A stretch of 64,000 nucleotides of DNA from the NCBI GenBank assembly GCA_036172245.1, contig JAYWIR010000008.1:3782001-3846000 (forward strand). The letters are read 5' to 3'. Below are positions 1-12,000 of the stretch, piece after piece. The stretch comes from Raillietiella orientalis (Eukaryota). Positions within the stretch are counted from its first letter, which is position 1. Every line of letters starts with the position of its first letter. The notes beneath the pieces were generated by a model. The model ran no database searches and was not told where the DNA came from. It saw nothing but the letters and a program-made list of their open reading frames with translations. The translations under genes and the position numbers were made by a program.

Positions 1-3000
1 GAAGGTGGAGCAGAAGGCTTTGAAGTGAGCTCCACGGCTCCCAGCCCTGGAGGCTTCCAGAGCTGGGAGCCAGGGCTTGGGACCCCCCGGAGCTCCCCGT
101 CTTGCAGCGGAGACGGAAACAGCTGTTTGCTTTTACCCCGAAGGCGTTGTTGGCAGACTTTCATTCACCTGAAACCTTGGCGTGCGACGGCCCATAAAGT
201 GTGCCCGCGTTGGCGCCCGCAGCGAGTGGCACCAAGCCGTTGTTGCTCGGTTCGAATCCCCACGTGGAGCCGAGAGAATGGGGGGTGCGTCTTGGGTTCC
301 GATTCCTTCCCGCACGATGTCGCGCTGGTCGATCTATTCGGGTGCGGCACTGGTGGGAGCTGCCGGATGCCCCCGTTGACTAAATGGGACTGGAAGTTGA
401 CCTTCCGAGGTCCTTCCGGGAATCAAGGAGGTGGTTCCCCTTCGTGTTTCCCCTCCGGTTGTAAACCCACCCACCCCAGAGGGTTGCTTCTCCAGAGTGT
501 AAAGAAGTGCTCTGTTCCTTCGGAGAGTGCCCTTCAGAGGGAAATTGGGAAGCGTCCCTTCGGGGTTCTCTAAAGAGCAGGAAGCATCGGATCCTTTCCG
601 GGGAGTCCCTCCGGAGAGAATAAGGAAGGGGTGGTTCCCTTCAGGATTCCCTCCCAAGCGTAAGAGGAACGGAAAGTCGAAAGCCTTCCTGGATTCACAG
701 GGTGCTCCCTCTGGGGTACCTCCTGACTTGAAGAGTTGCGCGCACCCTGGGGTAGCGTGGTTAATGTCGAAGATCTTCGTGCCCCCCTCCCCAGAGGAGG
801 CGAACGGTTCTTCAGCACTCCTTGAGAACCAAAAGAAAAAAGCTGAAAGGGAAACGGATCAGCCGCGGAAGAACCCAACAGGATTTTCGCCCCTGCCCTG
901 TTTCGGCTGGTCAGTTCTGTGACATGCCTTCCGGTTTTGTCAGACCAGAGAAAGGAGGTCTGAAAATTGAGTTTTGTATCTTGGAGGTTTTGTCGAGGCG
1001 CTTGGCAATCTCTCTTGCCATGCCTTCTCATCGCGCTCCACTGGTGCTCGTCTTTAGCACCTTTGCAAAATTTAGCAGCGTTTTTTCTCCTCCTCTTTCC
1101 CCCCCCCCCCCCCTTCCGTCTTTTTTCCTTCTTTTCTGCCTAAGGGAGCAATAGAAGGTACAGTCGAAGGCCGCTCGCGTGCTGCGGAAGTCCCATTTGA
1201 CTTTCTACCGAGAAGAGTTCAAATCTCTATATGATGCGCCCAATTCCAAGGCGGCCGAGTAAATGAAAACGCCCTTTCATTATCGAAGTGACAATTTGAT
1301 GAATTGTAAAACGGAAGGAACGAAATTCAACGGCGCTCACTGTGAGCCTTATGAGATCTGAGGTGGCAGATAACTGATTAATTAGGCTCTGTGAAAGCGC
1401 CTGCCAGCCCATTCCGGTAATCTGGCCTCGCGGGCAAAAGTGACGGAGGTTCCACGTGTCCCGTGGTCGGAGAGCCACATCGACGGACGCACCCGCACTT
1501 TGATCGTGGAGCAGGGATCGAGCTGGTGCCCGGGCGGTGGGCCTGACGCATTCGCTTTCGCGCAATCCCCCCCGGAAGTCAGCGTGGGTGGGTGCGCTGC
1601 CATCATCTCAATCGCTCGGCTTCCTCCAAAGAGAGGCGCTGTGGGTGATCAGGGGCTTCAGCGCCAGGTGGTCAAGACGTGCAGGGGCGCACACCTGGAA
1701 AAATCGAAAGTGGACGCGGGATGCCGAGCAGCAGGAATTCATTCATTCGGGAGGAGCGCAGCTGTTTCCTCTCTTCCTTTTCTTCCCTCTTTCCTCCTCC
1801 CTTCCTCCCTTTCGGCTCATCAGAGCGGCCTCATCGCCTTCGCGACCTCTTCCTTCCTTTCCGCCTTTATTGCACCCGGAGCGTTTATTGTAAAAAAAAA
1901 AAAAAAAAACTAAAATAAAATAATATGTACGGGAAAAACAGTCATATAAAATATAAAATGTCTCTTCGTGGTGGTTTCATGTGACCACTACGAAGGGAGA
2001 TGCCTCGGAGGCGCTGCTTCTCCGACGAGCAACTCCCCCGATGAGGTCGGCACAGGAGAAGTAGGGGAAGGGGTAAACAAAAACAAGAAAACACACAAAA
2101 GTTCAGTTCAGAAATGTTTGGGGAGGAGGGAAGGGATCATAGAATTCTTCCTGGCGTCCTCGGCATCCTTTGGAACATGCTGGCAACTTCCTCCTTTCGC
2201 TGGCAGAGGGGCGTCCGTCTTGTCGCCTTCTTCATGAAGGAGCAGACAGTTGCGATGACCTTATCATTCGACTGGCCTCTTCCGGCGCCGCTCCTCGCCC
2301 CCAGGATCCCGCGAACGGAGCTGCAAGGGAAGCTGCAGGAGACGTCGAGTCGCGCGCGAAGAGCCGCCGCGAAACCTCTTTGACCCTGCTCATCGGGAGT
2401 GGGAGGGCCGCAGTGAAGCGTTCCCAGCAGGGCAGGGCAATCCAACAGCAGGTGCGGGAGGGTTCCCCCGCACCTGCTGGCACCTCCCTTTCGCCTTTCG
2501 GTGTTGCACGCTGACGTCTCAGAAACGCGTGGCGTCGAAGCTCCTGCGTGGCTCCCAGGATCGGCTGTCCTCTTCGCGTGGTTCCCATTGCAGCTCGCGT
2601 CGCACGGGGAACCCGGCTGGCAAACCCCGCAGGCGCAGCGGTGCGACGGGAGGCCCTGATGCCTACAGTCCATGTCGCGCCCCACTTTAGTCCGTCCGCT
2701 CCTGCCAGGAGGCGCAGGAGCCCCAATGGTCCGCAGCGAAACTTCCAGCGACTGCAAGAATCGAAAAGCGGTCTGGAAAGCGCGCTCCCGAGTCTTCTGA
2801 AGCTTCGTCTCCTCTTTCGAAAAGAGGCGGCAGCATTCCTGGAACCGCACCAAGGTGTGCCCGCCACTTGGTGAGTCACCTGTAAGGTTAGCTGGAAAGA
2901 GGCAGAAGGAGGTCTCGAGAGACAGCGTCGCAGCTTCCGCAGGCATCCAAGAAGTCTAAGTATCAGAGACAGTTCGTGTTGGCGCTGTCTTGGTAGCCCC

Positions 3001-6000
3001 CCAGTTCCCTCTTAGCTCCCCTTAGTTCCCCTCGGCTTCGTGCAAACGAACCTGCTGCTTCCCTTTGTGCGAAAGATGGCGGTACGCGTTTTCGGCAGCA
3101 CGGTATGCGGAAGAGTTCAGACTCCCCCGTCGGCCGCTGGAGCCCTACGTGGAGGAAGGCAAACGAGAACATGGGGATGGAACCTTTTGCCATCGTAGGG
3201 TGCTCCGGAAGGAGACTCCCACGTGCGAGCCTGACCTCCTCCTTGAAGGTTGAATCGACCCCGAGGAGACTCAGCCGCAGTCCCTTTCGGACCGACCACC
3301 TCTCCTCCCCCATTTGTTAGGCTCGCGACTGCCATCCGTCCGCCGAGGATCGCGTGATTCTCTCCCATTCTTTCTCTCCACGGGTCACCGTGCTGCAGGT
3401 GAACTCTCCGAACAGCGCACTCTACCGGCACCAGTTCAGGAGCCATGCCACCATTGGCGGGGGGAAGGAGGAGAGGTAAGGCGGGGGTTGGTCGGTTTCG
3501 GCGTGTCATCCTGAGAGCGAGTGGCTCATCATGCAGAAGCACTGAGGAGTTTTTTGGGGGCGCGGAGGCTTGGGAATACGGGAAGGGGTTCGCCGGCCGA
3601 CATGGGGGGAAGGATCCGCGGTCCTTTCGGGAATCCAAAGGCGGCGACTCGCTGCTTCCGCGCTGTCGAGGAACCGAGCATGCGTTCCCTTCCGAGAGGG
3701 AGGTGCTCGCTCCCCCCTCCCCCTTCAAATTCAAGGGAGAGGTGTGGCGCGGCAGAACGAGGGGAGCAGGTGGTCGCCGAGGGAAGTGCGTTGGACAGCG
3801 ATTTTCACAGCCAGACATTCTTCCAGGAGCGCCGGAGACCTCGGCAGGGATGAGGAGGGCATCCGTCGCTCCCTGTGCGTCTTCCGCCGCGCGTGAAGCC
3901 CCGTTCGCGTTTGGGAGGAAGGGCGAGGGTGGAACCAGGCACCTCCCCTGCCGGGGAGACTCCTTGCTTATACCCAGTGGGCAGCAGCAGGGGTCGTGCC
4001 GTCCTCGCCCACATCCGTCACTTGCCACCCTCGTGCGGCACGGAAGGACGTTTCCTCGAGTGTCGCAGAAAGGTGCCTTGTGCATGTCAGCTGCTCCCGG
4101 TGTGCCGAAGAATGCCGGAGGCTGCGCCAGTCGGCAGCCATCACCTCAGCAAGCCCTCGAAAACGTTCCAGGTGAGGCGAACGGGCTTCTCCTGCAGCCT
4201 CCAGCGCAGCGCCACCGACCCACGCAAGCAGCTGACCAACCAATGAAGAACCACCGTCAGCTCGTCAATCCAGCGAGCAACCGACACGCATCGCGCCCAT
4301 GTTCGGAACGCCAGCAAGCCGCGGATGGCTCGCCACGCTCTTCGCCGCCAACAGCCTCTGACAGGCGCAGGACAGATGAGAGAGGCAGGGAAGACTGAGA
4401 AAACTCCCGTGTACGAGTACCGGGGGAAGAAGCCTTCCTGGGAAGAAAGTCCAGCAATCGAGATGACCCGTCCCTTCGGGGACACCTCGATGCCTACGAA
4501 GGTAAAGAGAGGGATGTGGAAGAGCCAACATGCACCCAAAACGGAGGCGTGCTTGTGAGCTTTTTCCGCAGGCATCTCCGAGTGGACTCATTTCTCCAGC
4601 AGCGCTGGTCTGGCGATGCTGTGTAACCACAGTGACGAGACCCGGGCGAGCTGCATTCGTCAAGGATAATGGCGTTTCCCGCTGGCGTTAGCCTTCTTCG
4701 TAAATGCAGGTAGGTCCTTCCTCGCTAAACAGCTGAGCAGTCGGTCGGTCCACCTTACCTCCGCCGGCTGCTGAATTGCGTCCTTGCACTTTTCCTCGCC
4801 CTCAGCGAGGATGGCCTCAGTTCAAGACCCCAGGCGGACCATAAGTTTCCTACAACTTTTACTCGCGCCTGTCTCGTCTCGGCCGCGCTCGTCTGGAGAT
4901 GTCGGATGGGCGCGAGCTGGAAATCCGCGAACCCTTGAGTACAGGACGTACAGGATGCGCCTTACGAATGGTCCACATCGGAAGAAAGCAGGCATTCCCT
5001 TGCGGGGCCTTGTAGGCTACGGATGGGAAACACCGGGACACGGCCTCGGTCACCCAAAACCTTGACTGGTGGCGCCTTTTGCACAAGCACGTCTGGTGCT
5101 CTTGTCTCCAGGAGAGGAGGCTCGCGCTCAACTCTGCACTCGCGGCCGCCGCAGAACGCCTGATCTCTTTGCGTCTGCGTCTTTGCTCGAAACGGACCCG
5201 CCCAGAAAATTCAGGGCCGAGTTGACACAAAAACCCGCGTTGGTCGATGGAAGGTGCGTTCCGTTGAATTCCAAGACTGAAACCCAGACTGCGGCGACTT
5301 TCGGGAGGGAAGGCGGGAAGCGTTCCTGAAACTGCCTCCGGAGGGGCCAATCCATAAACGATCGCACACGTAGCGTCCGAGTCAGGAAATAAGGCATGCC
5401 GGCTGACCCGCTGCTGGCCACAAGGTGCAAATATGCACCGACAGAGGTGTGCGTGCGCAGGATGCGAGGCACATCTGGTCAGCAGGGCACCACGTCCATC
5501 CTTGGAGACGTCGGATGGGTCCATCCTTGGACGCATTCCCGTTTGGCCTCTCACGACGATTTCACGCACGCCAACAACCCCGAAGTGATGCTTGGACACG
5601 GTTGTATGCGTGAATTCTTCTTCTTTTCTTTTTTTCTTTAGAAAAAAAAAAAAAAAAACGTCGCATGCAGGATTCTCGATAATGATATCTCACATCCTGC
5701 ATTCTCTCCCTAGGTGAGAAAGATGAGGTTACGAGAGGAAACTTTCCACATTAAGAACAAAACTCGGGACCACGGCTGACCGAGATTCGGCTTCTTGCCG
5801 ACGCGGCCCGCGTTTGGGAGAAACGAATGGCGAGGCAGATGACACACGCAGCCATGGCCAGAGAGCAGTTGGTCCCCTCTTCGTCCGTGACGCCCTAACG
5901 CCAGCGGCCTCGCTTGCAGCCCTGTGCTGCCTACGCGGGATGGTCGCGGCATGGAGCAAAGCGACGGGAGGATCCAGCGACAGGGATGCCACCGTATACG

Positions 6001-7110
6001 CCTCCCGCTTCCTGAGGATGGAGACGCGATGGCCCCACCTGGAACCGCATACCCAGCAACAGCTTGCCGGCATCCTCCAGAGGATGACGGACCCTCCCAG
6101 CAGACGGTGATCCCTTCCCGTTCCCTCCCCAGTTTTGTTTATTTTTTTTTTTTCTTTTTGTTTCGTGCTCCCTCCCCTCTGCTTCCGAGGTCGACCGCAC
6201 CGGTCTGCGCACCGGGAGCCCGGCAGGCTGATAGTATCTAGGGCGCGGCTGGACTACTGGTCCAGCCACAGTTTATAGAGGTTTGTTCGAAAGAATAAAC
6301 GTCCCGGCGCAACCGGGTTTCAAGCGAGCAGTTGGTCGGAGCAATAAGTCGCAAGAGTCGACACCTCCAACCAGTCAGTGCACACAGTCCACGGGATCAG
6401 GGCGAATTCCCTTCCAGAAACGGATTTTGGAACTCCTCTGGCGACCGAAGGGATGACCGCTGTCGGGGGTGGTCCTCGGGTGCAAGCAATCGCAGATGCC
6501 GATACGAGAGGGCGATGCACCAAAAATGCTCGAGGCGCTTTTTCTACTCCGCCGCTTTTCGACGGCGGTTCGAGACTTCAACGGCTCTAACGTGCCCGAA
6601 GGGAGGAGAAGAGAGAGTCATTTCCTTTTGCAGGTGATCCAGAAGTTTTTCTTCGCGTCCACGCACGCCCATGGACATCCACCTTTCCTGTTCCTCTCTA
6701 TCATCTTACCGCTTTTCAAGTGTACCTCAGTTCGAATGGTACGCACGTTTCAGACGGAGCATCCTTAGCAATTTAGGAACAAAGGCACACCCGTGCAGGT
6801 CATCTGCTGTGACATGAAAGCATCTCCCCCAAGCTAACACGGTGAGGGCAGTGTTGGGGCTGCTGATTCCCCACGAAACTTTGGGTGCCGATTCACACGT
6901 GTGGGGTGACTGGGCAAGAAAACCTCTCTCCTCTTGTCATTTTAGATGCAAGGACATGAAAAGCTGCCATACATACGACCGTTTTCAAAGCATGTATTTC
7001 ATGACATGGTTAAAATGGCTGTACCTACTATGTAATCTGAAGGACTGTTTATGGATGCTTGAAGTTTCGAAATGCAACTACAATCATGAATGCAACTGCA
7101 ACCGAAATCC

Positions 7111-7263
7111 TTAGGACATAGTTCCAACGGCTAGCAAAAAGCCACCAGCAAAAGCAGTTCCAAGTCGCATTCCGTCCTTTATGGTCGTTTTTTTTCTGGG
7201 GAAAATTTTGTCATCTGCAAATTTTTGGACTTTATCCAAAGTTAGGTGAAGCTTCTTTTTTGC
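7111..7263 (-). CDS. FUNDC1: FUN14 domain-containing protein (FUNDC1/2-like), last coding exon
   Basis: Acceptor ttttttatatacctcag|GCA at 7264/7263, phase 0. Encodes AKKKLHLTLDKVQKFADDKIFPRKKTTIKDGMRLGTAFAGGFLLAVGTMS*, stop TAA 7113-7111. The C-terminal FAGGFLLA matches the FUN14 end motif (human FUNDC1 FVGGFLLG). Confidence 0.9.
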   Translation of the reverse strand, partial: AKKKLHLTLDKVQKFADDKIFPRKKTTIKDGMRLGTAFAGGFLLAVGTMS

Positions 7264-8038
7264 CTGAGGTATATAAAAAAACAGAAAAAAAAATACCAAC
7301 CAGTTGAAGTGCACAACGTTAACAAAGTACTTGTACAAACAGTCATTGCAAAGCATAAGGGCATTAAACAAACTTAAAAGTCATGTTTATTCAAGGCTAT
7401 AGCTAACTGGAGAATCCATAAATGAGATGCACTGATGTCAGCACTCCACTCTGCACAAATGTTTTGTTTCCCTTCCAACTTTCCTTTATTTCCCTACTCC
7501 CACCCAAAAGACCTTTCAACTACTCTCTCAACGAAATGCCAATTCACATGTTCTAAGGTGCACCAGAGAATTCATAAAAGAATGCGCCCTTCTTTGAATC
7601 AGCTACTCATATTAAGGTCAGATTTGGTTAAAATGCATGCTACCTGCTTGAAATGCCACACTTGTGATTGAGCTCTTTCATAAGCATTCACTAGGATTAT
7701 CTACATCTTGGATCCCACAAATCCAAAATTCAGTGATGTGCAAGTGGTTATGGTGAAAATTAATACATGGTGCAAATATTCCCAATTGAATTTTATTTTG
7801 CAACATTTGCCCTGTGCCAATCCCTCTCTAATTTTTACATGAAGCCACACAGCAAAGAATATCTTTTGTGCTTCAGAAAAATAAACACATATTTATTAAG
7901 AAGAAGCAAGCCCTAGTAAAAAGCCACCCAAATATCCAGAAGCTAATGGAGCATTCTGCTTGGTAAACTGCCATACCTAGGATAGGAGGAAAATGCAGGA
8001 TACCAAAAAATAAAGTACACACTAAAAAAACAACGTAC

Positions 8039-8231
8039 ATTTTGCAAGAGTCCCTCTTCTTGAGAACGACTTTGCTCTAGTAAATGTTTAGCTTGACTAA
8101 TGTCTGTATTCACTTGACCCCAGTTAATTCGGATGTATCCATTATGTTGTGCAATCAGAAGAATGATAATGCTCCCACCAGCAGCTAATGCAGCTACTTT
8201 CCCAACTTTCATGGTGATATACCCACTGCAC
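8039..8231 (-). CDS. FUNDC1: FUNDC1/2-like, middle coding exon
   Basis: Acceptor catcttag|G at 8232/8231 (phase 2, completes a TG|G Trp codon); donor AAT|GTACGT at 8039/8038. Encodes CSGYITMKVGKVAALAAGGSIIILLIAQHNGYIRINWGQVNTDISQAK..., closely matching the FUN14 core (human [48 protein letters not shown]). Confidence 0.93.
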
Positions 8232-8291
8232 CTAAGATGATGATAATGATGATGATAGTACATAAATTACAAAAACAATCAAGAAACAGAC

Positions 8292-8383
8292 CAGCCTGCA
8301 ACACTCCCAATTGCAACTTGCTGAAGGGGAGAACAGTGACCCAAGCGATCAGCATAAGTCTTCACCCAGCTTGATGACTCCAT
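8292..8383 (-). CDS. FUNDC1: FUNDC1/2-like, first coding exon
   Basis: ATG 8383-8381 in strong context accATGG, 6 nt after acceptor gttcccag| at 8390/8389. Encodes MESSSWVKTYADRLGHCSPLQQVAIGSVAG(W), matching human QIVMGGVTGW. Donor TG|GTCTGT, then a 60-nt intron at 8232-8291. The spliced CDS is 145 aa. Confidence 0.88.
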
Positions 8384-8488
8384 GGTAATCTGGGAACATG
8401 CAGCATAGTACATACCCCCCCACATCCACACTGAAGCTACTTAAACTGAAGAAGCACTCCATGCAATGCAAAGAAGGAAAACAATTAC

Positions 8489-8587
8489 CAAATTGACCAG
8501 AATTCCGTTAGATGAAGCAAATTTTCATGTGGATAAGTTTTTAGGTAATTATTCCATAGTAATTTGATCCCGAGAAAAATTAAACAT
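8489..8587 (-). other. Candidate 5'-UTR exon of the FUNDC gene
   Basis: Acceptor gctgggtttcag| at 8588/8587 and donor TG|GTAATT at 8489/8488. No frame reads through into the CDS. It lies inside the AT-rich island. Confidence 0.5.
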
Positions 8588-9018
8588 CTGAAACCCAGCA
8601 ACTAATCAATAAAAGGCAATCCCATCACTTTTTTTTTCTCTACCCTCGCCCACCCCCTCCCCTTCCCCCTCCTCCTGAAGTATTTTCTCCAAAATGAACG
8701 CTTCGGTGCACCAGGCCCAAAGATAATAGAAACAGTGATCCTATGAGTACGTTGCTGTTTCACGTTCGCATGAAAGTTTCTAATTAAAACTCTCCGAATC
8801 CCGACTGGAGGCAAGAATGATTAAACAAAATTTGAACCGAACGGATATAATTTGTCACCGTCTTTTTCCTGGCAAGCATGCCGTCAACAAACACATAAAT
8901 CACATGGCATTTTTTTTTTTTTTTTACTTTCGAACGGCTCTCGAGGGGAGGGGGAAATCTCCCAAAGACAAACTGAAAAGCACTGAAATCTCGAAAACTC
9001 AAAACAAACATTACTTAC

Positions 9019-9050
9019 CGAACGATTCAACAAAACGCATCTGGCAATAA
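9019..9050 (-). other. Candidate first (5'-UTR) exon of the FUNDC gene; 5' end uncertain
   Basis: Consensus donor CG|GTAAGT at 9019/9018, located near the AT-rich to CpG-rich transition where a promoter would be expected. Confidence 0.5.
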
Positions 9051-12000
9051 TGCAACCGCACGTTCGCAGGCATGCTATTATTAACGGGGACTTCCGTTCC
9101 GCGTTGTACGCAGAACTCGCTCTCGAGAGCCCGACGCCCACCCGGGGCTGCTCAGCCCGAGAGCTGGTCCGCGGGCCCGTTGGCTCCCCTCGCACAACCA
9201 GGCCCTCGATGCCCAACGGGGAAGCCCAAGTAGGACTGCGCTGCCGGCGCTCCCCCCTTTGAACGCGAAGGGGTAAGAAAACGCATGCCATCTCTGGGGT
9301 CTCAACAGCAGCAGCCAGAGCCGAGGTGGCGTACAAAAAAGGGACCACGGGATGGCATCAGTTTTGGGGGGAAAGCAAGTGGCGTCCAAATCATCATTCT
9401 CTCCCTGCCTACCCCTTGGTCAAAACAGAGGGGGGGAGAGTAAAGGACGATGTCTCAGAAATGGGAATCGCAGGAGCGGAAAATCCATTTCCTGTACAGT
9501 TCGAGAGTACCTAAGGAAACCAGAAGTTCGCATTCGGTACATTCATATCAAATGTTTCAATTCGAGAGGAAGAAGCACAATCGCAGATCGGGGCAACCTC
9601 CGATTCGAACTGTATTGATCTCAGGTGTCGTTGGCTACGACTCTTCTGCGTGGCTGACGCAGCCTTTTGGGTTCGTTTCCTACGCTCTTGCTGATTTGCT
9701 TCCCCTACCCCCTCCCCTCCCCTCCCTCCCCACGATTCACGCTGCAGCAATCGAAAACTCATTCTTCATGAAGGTAGCGATTAGCTAGGAGTAATTATTT
9801 ATTCAGATGGGGTTAATCAGCTGATCTCCATGCAAGTCTCCAAATTGTTTCAACAGAACTCGCTGCATTGCCTCAAATTGGCAATGTAGAGCCTTCTTTT
9901 TTCCCTTTTCTTTGGGGGAGGGGGAGGGGACGGACTTGAGAAATGGAAATTATTCCGTTTCCGAAGCAGTGCAGCGGGAAATGATGAATACATCTGCTGA
10001 TGAACGACGATACGCATCCATTTGTCCTTCCATGTTTTGCAGCCGGGTGGAGGAACGAAAGAAAAAGCGGCTGAGGTTTTCTTGCGTGTGCGTTTGTGCG
10101 GCACTTCAAACTGGCCACGGGCGTGAAAAGCTCGTCGACACCGCGTGCTCAGTAGAAGCTTACGCCTCCCGAAGCTCCCCGGAAGGGGAAAAGCAGCAAG
10201 AAGTCGATCTAATCGCCACCGTTTCCTTTGTTTTCGCTTTTCTGCTCTGACAGAGTGATCGTTTCTGCCCTGGAAGAAAGTCATCCAAAGTTATCCTCTG
10301 TTTCCTGGATGTGTTCCTCCTGCATAACCTGAGGGCTTGTATCGCCCGCACCCACCTCTCAACGTGCACCCTCTTAGGTCGCCCCTGGAATGCTTGGATT
10401 TTGGAAAAAGTGAGAGTCAGGCGGGGCGGCTTTTAGTGGGCAGAGAGATTCCCCGACGTGTCCATGGCTGTGCAGCGCCGGGGCGCCTCGCCGCTGCCGT
10501 TGCCTCGAGGCATGGGAGCACCTTGCTTGGCGCCGTGCGAGCCGTGTGCGGGTGGGTTTTCGGGAGAGGGCGGACCAGGAGAGAAAGGTCGCCGTGCATC
10601 AGGCGGCTGACGAAGATTCGGAGCTGACAGGCAGGGGATGTTGCGATGTGGCCGCAAAGAGCGCTGAGCACTCAGTCTGTCCATCGACGATCAGCTGGCT
10701 CACCGGCGATGGGGGGAGGGGAGGGACTTTCAGGGCTTGGAAGAGCCAGAAGAGCGCTCCGTCAGGTGGTAGCAAAGACCAAGAAGGTCATCTGAGGGCA
10801 GGGGTGTTCGAAGTACCAGGGACACTCTCTGTTTTCTCCGAAACAAACCCGAATCTCCATGGCAACGGAGAGCTTCTGCGCGTTCCGGCAGCGCCGCCCC
10901 TGGGAACGGCGGTGCCAGGACGCGAGCGACCGGACGACGCGACAAGAGCGCGGAATCGCTACCCGTCTTCTGATACGGCGGGGAGCGCGCACCCGTAGCA
11001 GGACTGTTCGCTGAAATGAGGACGCATCCCACTTCAGTTACCCCATTTCCGACCCCTCCCTCGATCCCAGTGGCACGAGGAGCGCCACGGCATCTCTTCA
11101 TGGCCGTGCCCGCAAAAATTCTCCGCGGAGGAATGCAGAGGCGCGGCGCATTTTCGGACGACTGCGCCGCTGCCATCTACAGAGAGTCACCGGAACGGTT
11201 CGCCGTGCAGCTGCTTCCATCCCGTTTCTGATAATTCCGGAGATGGCTCGATAGCTCTCCCTCGTCCGACCCAGCTCCCCGTGAAGGAATCGAGGAGGTG
11301 GAGGTCGTGCACACCTTTGGACGAGGGGTCACATCGCCCGTGCTCGCTAGTGACGTCCGCCTCACGTGGACGGACGAAGACTCCCCGCTCGAGCAAACTT
11401 TGCTGCTGGCGCTCCCGGAGGTGCGAGCGCGCCTGAAAGGCAGCAGATTAGGTTCGAACGCGGGCAGCCACTCCCCTTCCCGCGCCGATGACCGAAGACG
11501 AAGGCAGAGGCAAGCTAAGGTCATGCTGGAAAGCGCGGAAAGGCTAGCTGGCAGAGGTCGGACGATCTGGGAGGAAGCAATGGAAAAGGAGGAAGGAGAA
11601 AGGGGTGCTCCAGTGCTCGCGGACCGGGGATCAACCCGTACCTAAGGGCGTTGGCGCGTCCGGCAGCCCGCGATGGATGCGGAATGAGAACTGGCAACCC
11701 TGCAACCACGTGGCTGAAGCATTTTTCGCCTCTAGGAGAGCCCTCGACGCCAGCCCCTCACTTCCGCCAGAGGCAGTGTATTTCAGGGCGGAAAGGAGCC
11801 ATGGGGTCACTACCACCCTTTTCGTCAGGGGGAACGATGGGGAGGCCACACACCGACGCCGGTGGTTCCGAGAGTGAAGTTCACGCCTCCCCACAGGCGG
11901 TGATGGGAAACCTGGAGATCCCTTCCCCATTCCCTTCCCTTGGCCTCACGGGGCCGTCTATCCAGTCCACTTCCTCCGCTTTCCGCCTCCCCCTTCGTCC

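Noticed and set aside
249..270. GGTTCGAATCCC, a perfect tRNA B-box/T-loop word
   Set aside because: The flanks do not form a 5-bp T-stem (ctcgg/cccca) and I could not build a cloverleaf or a convincing A-box. At most a decayed SINE head; tRNAscan-SE would settle it.
4141..4575. KGRVISIAGLSSQEGFFPRYSY, loosely like the strand before the SDR catalytic site, behind a good acceptor
   Set aside because: There is no YxxxK, no TGxxxGxG exon and no consistent exon chain.
2100..6770. Scattered splice-like sites and protein-looking ORF fragments
   Set aside because: They could not be chained into a consistent gene and match no family I recognise. A lineage-specific gene cannot be excluded without RNA data.
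7943..8263. ORF starting MYYHHHYHHLR with a hydrophobic C-terminal tail
   Set aside because: The His-rich start is the intronic (CAT)n repeat and the tail is intron read-through. Only 8039-8231 is exon.
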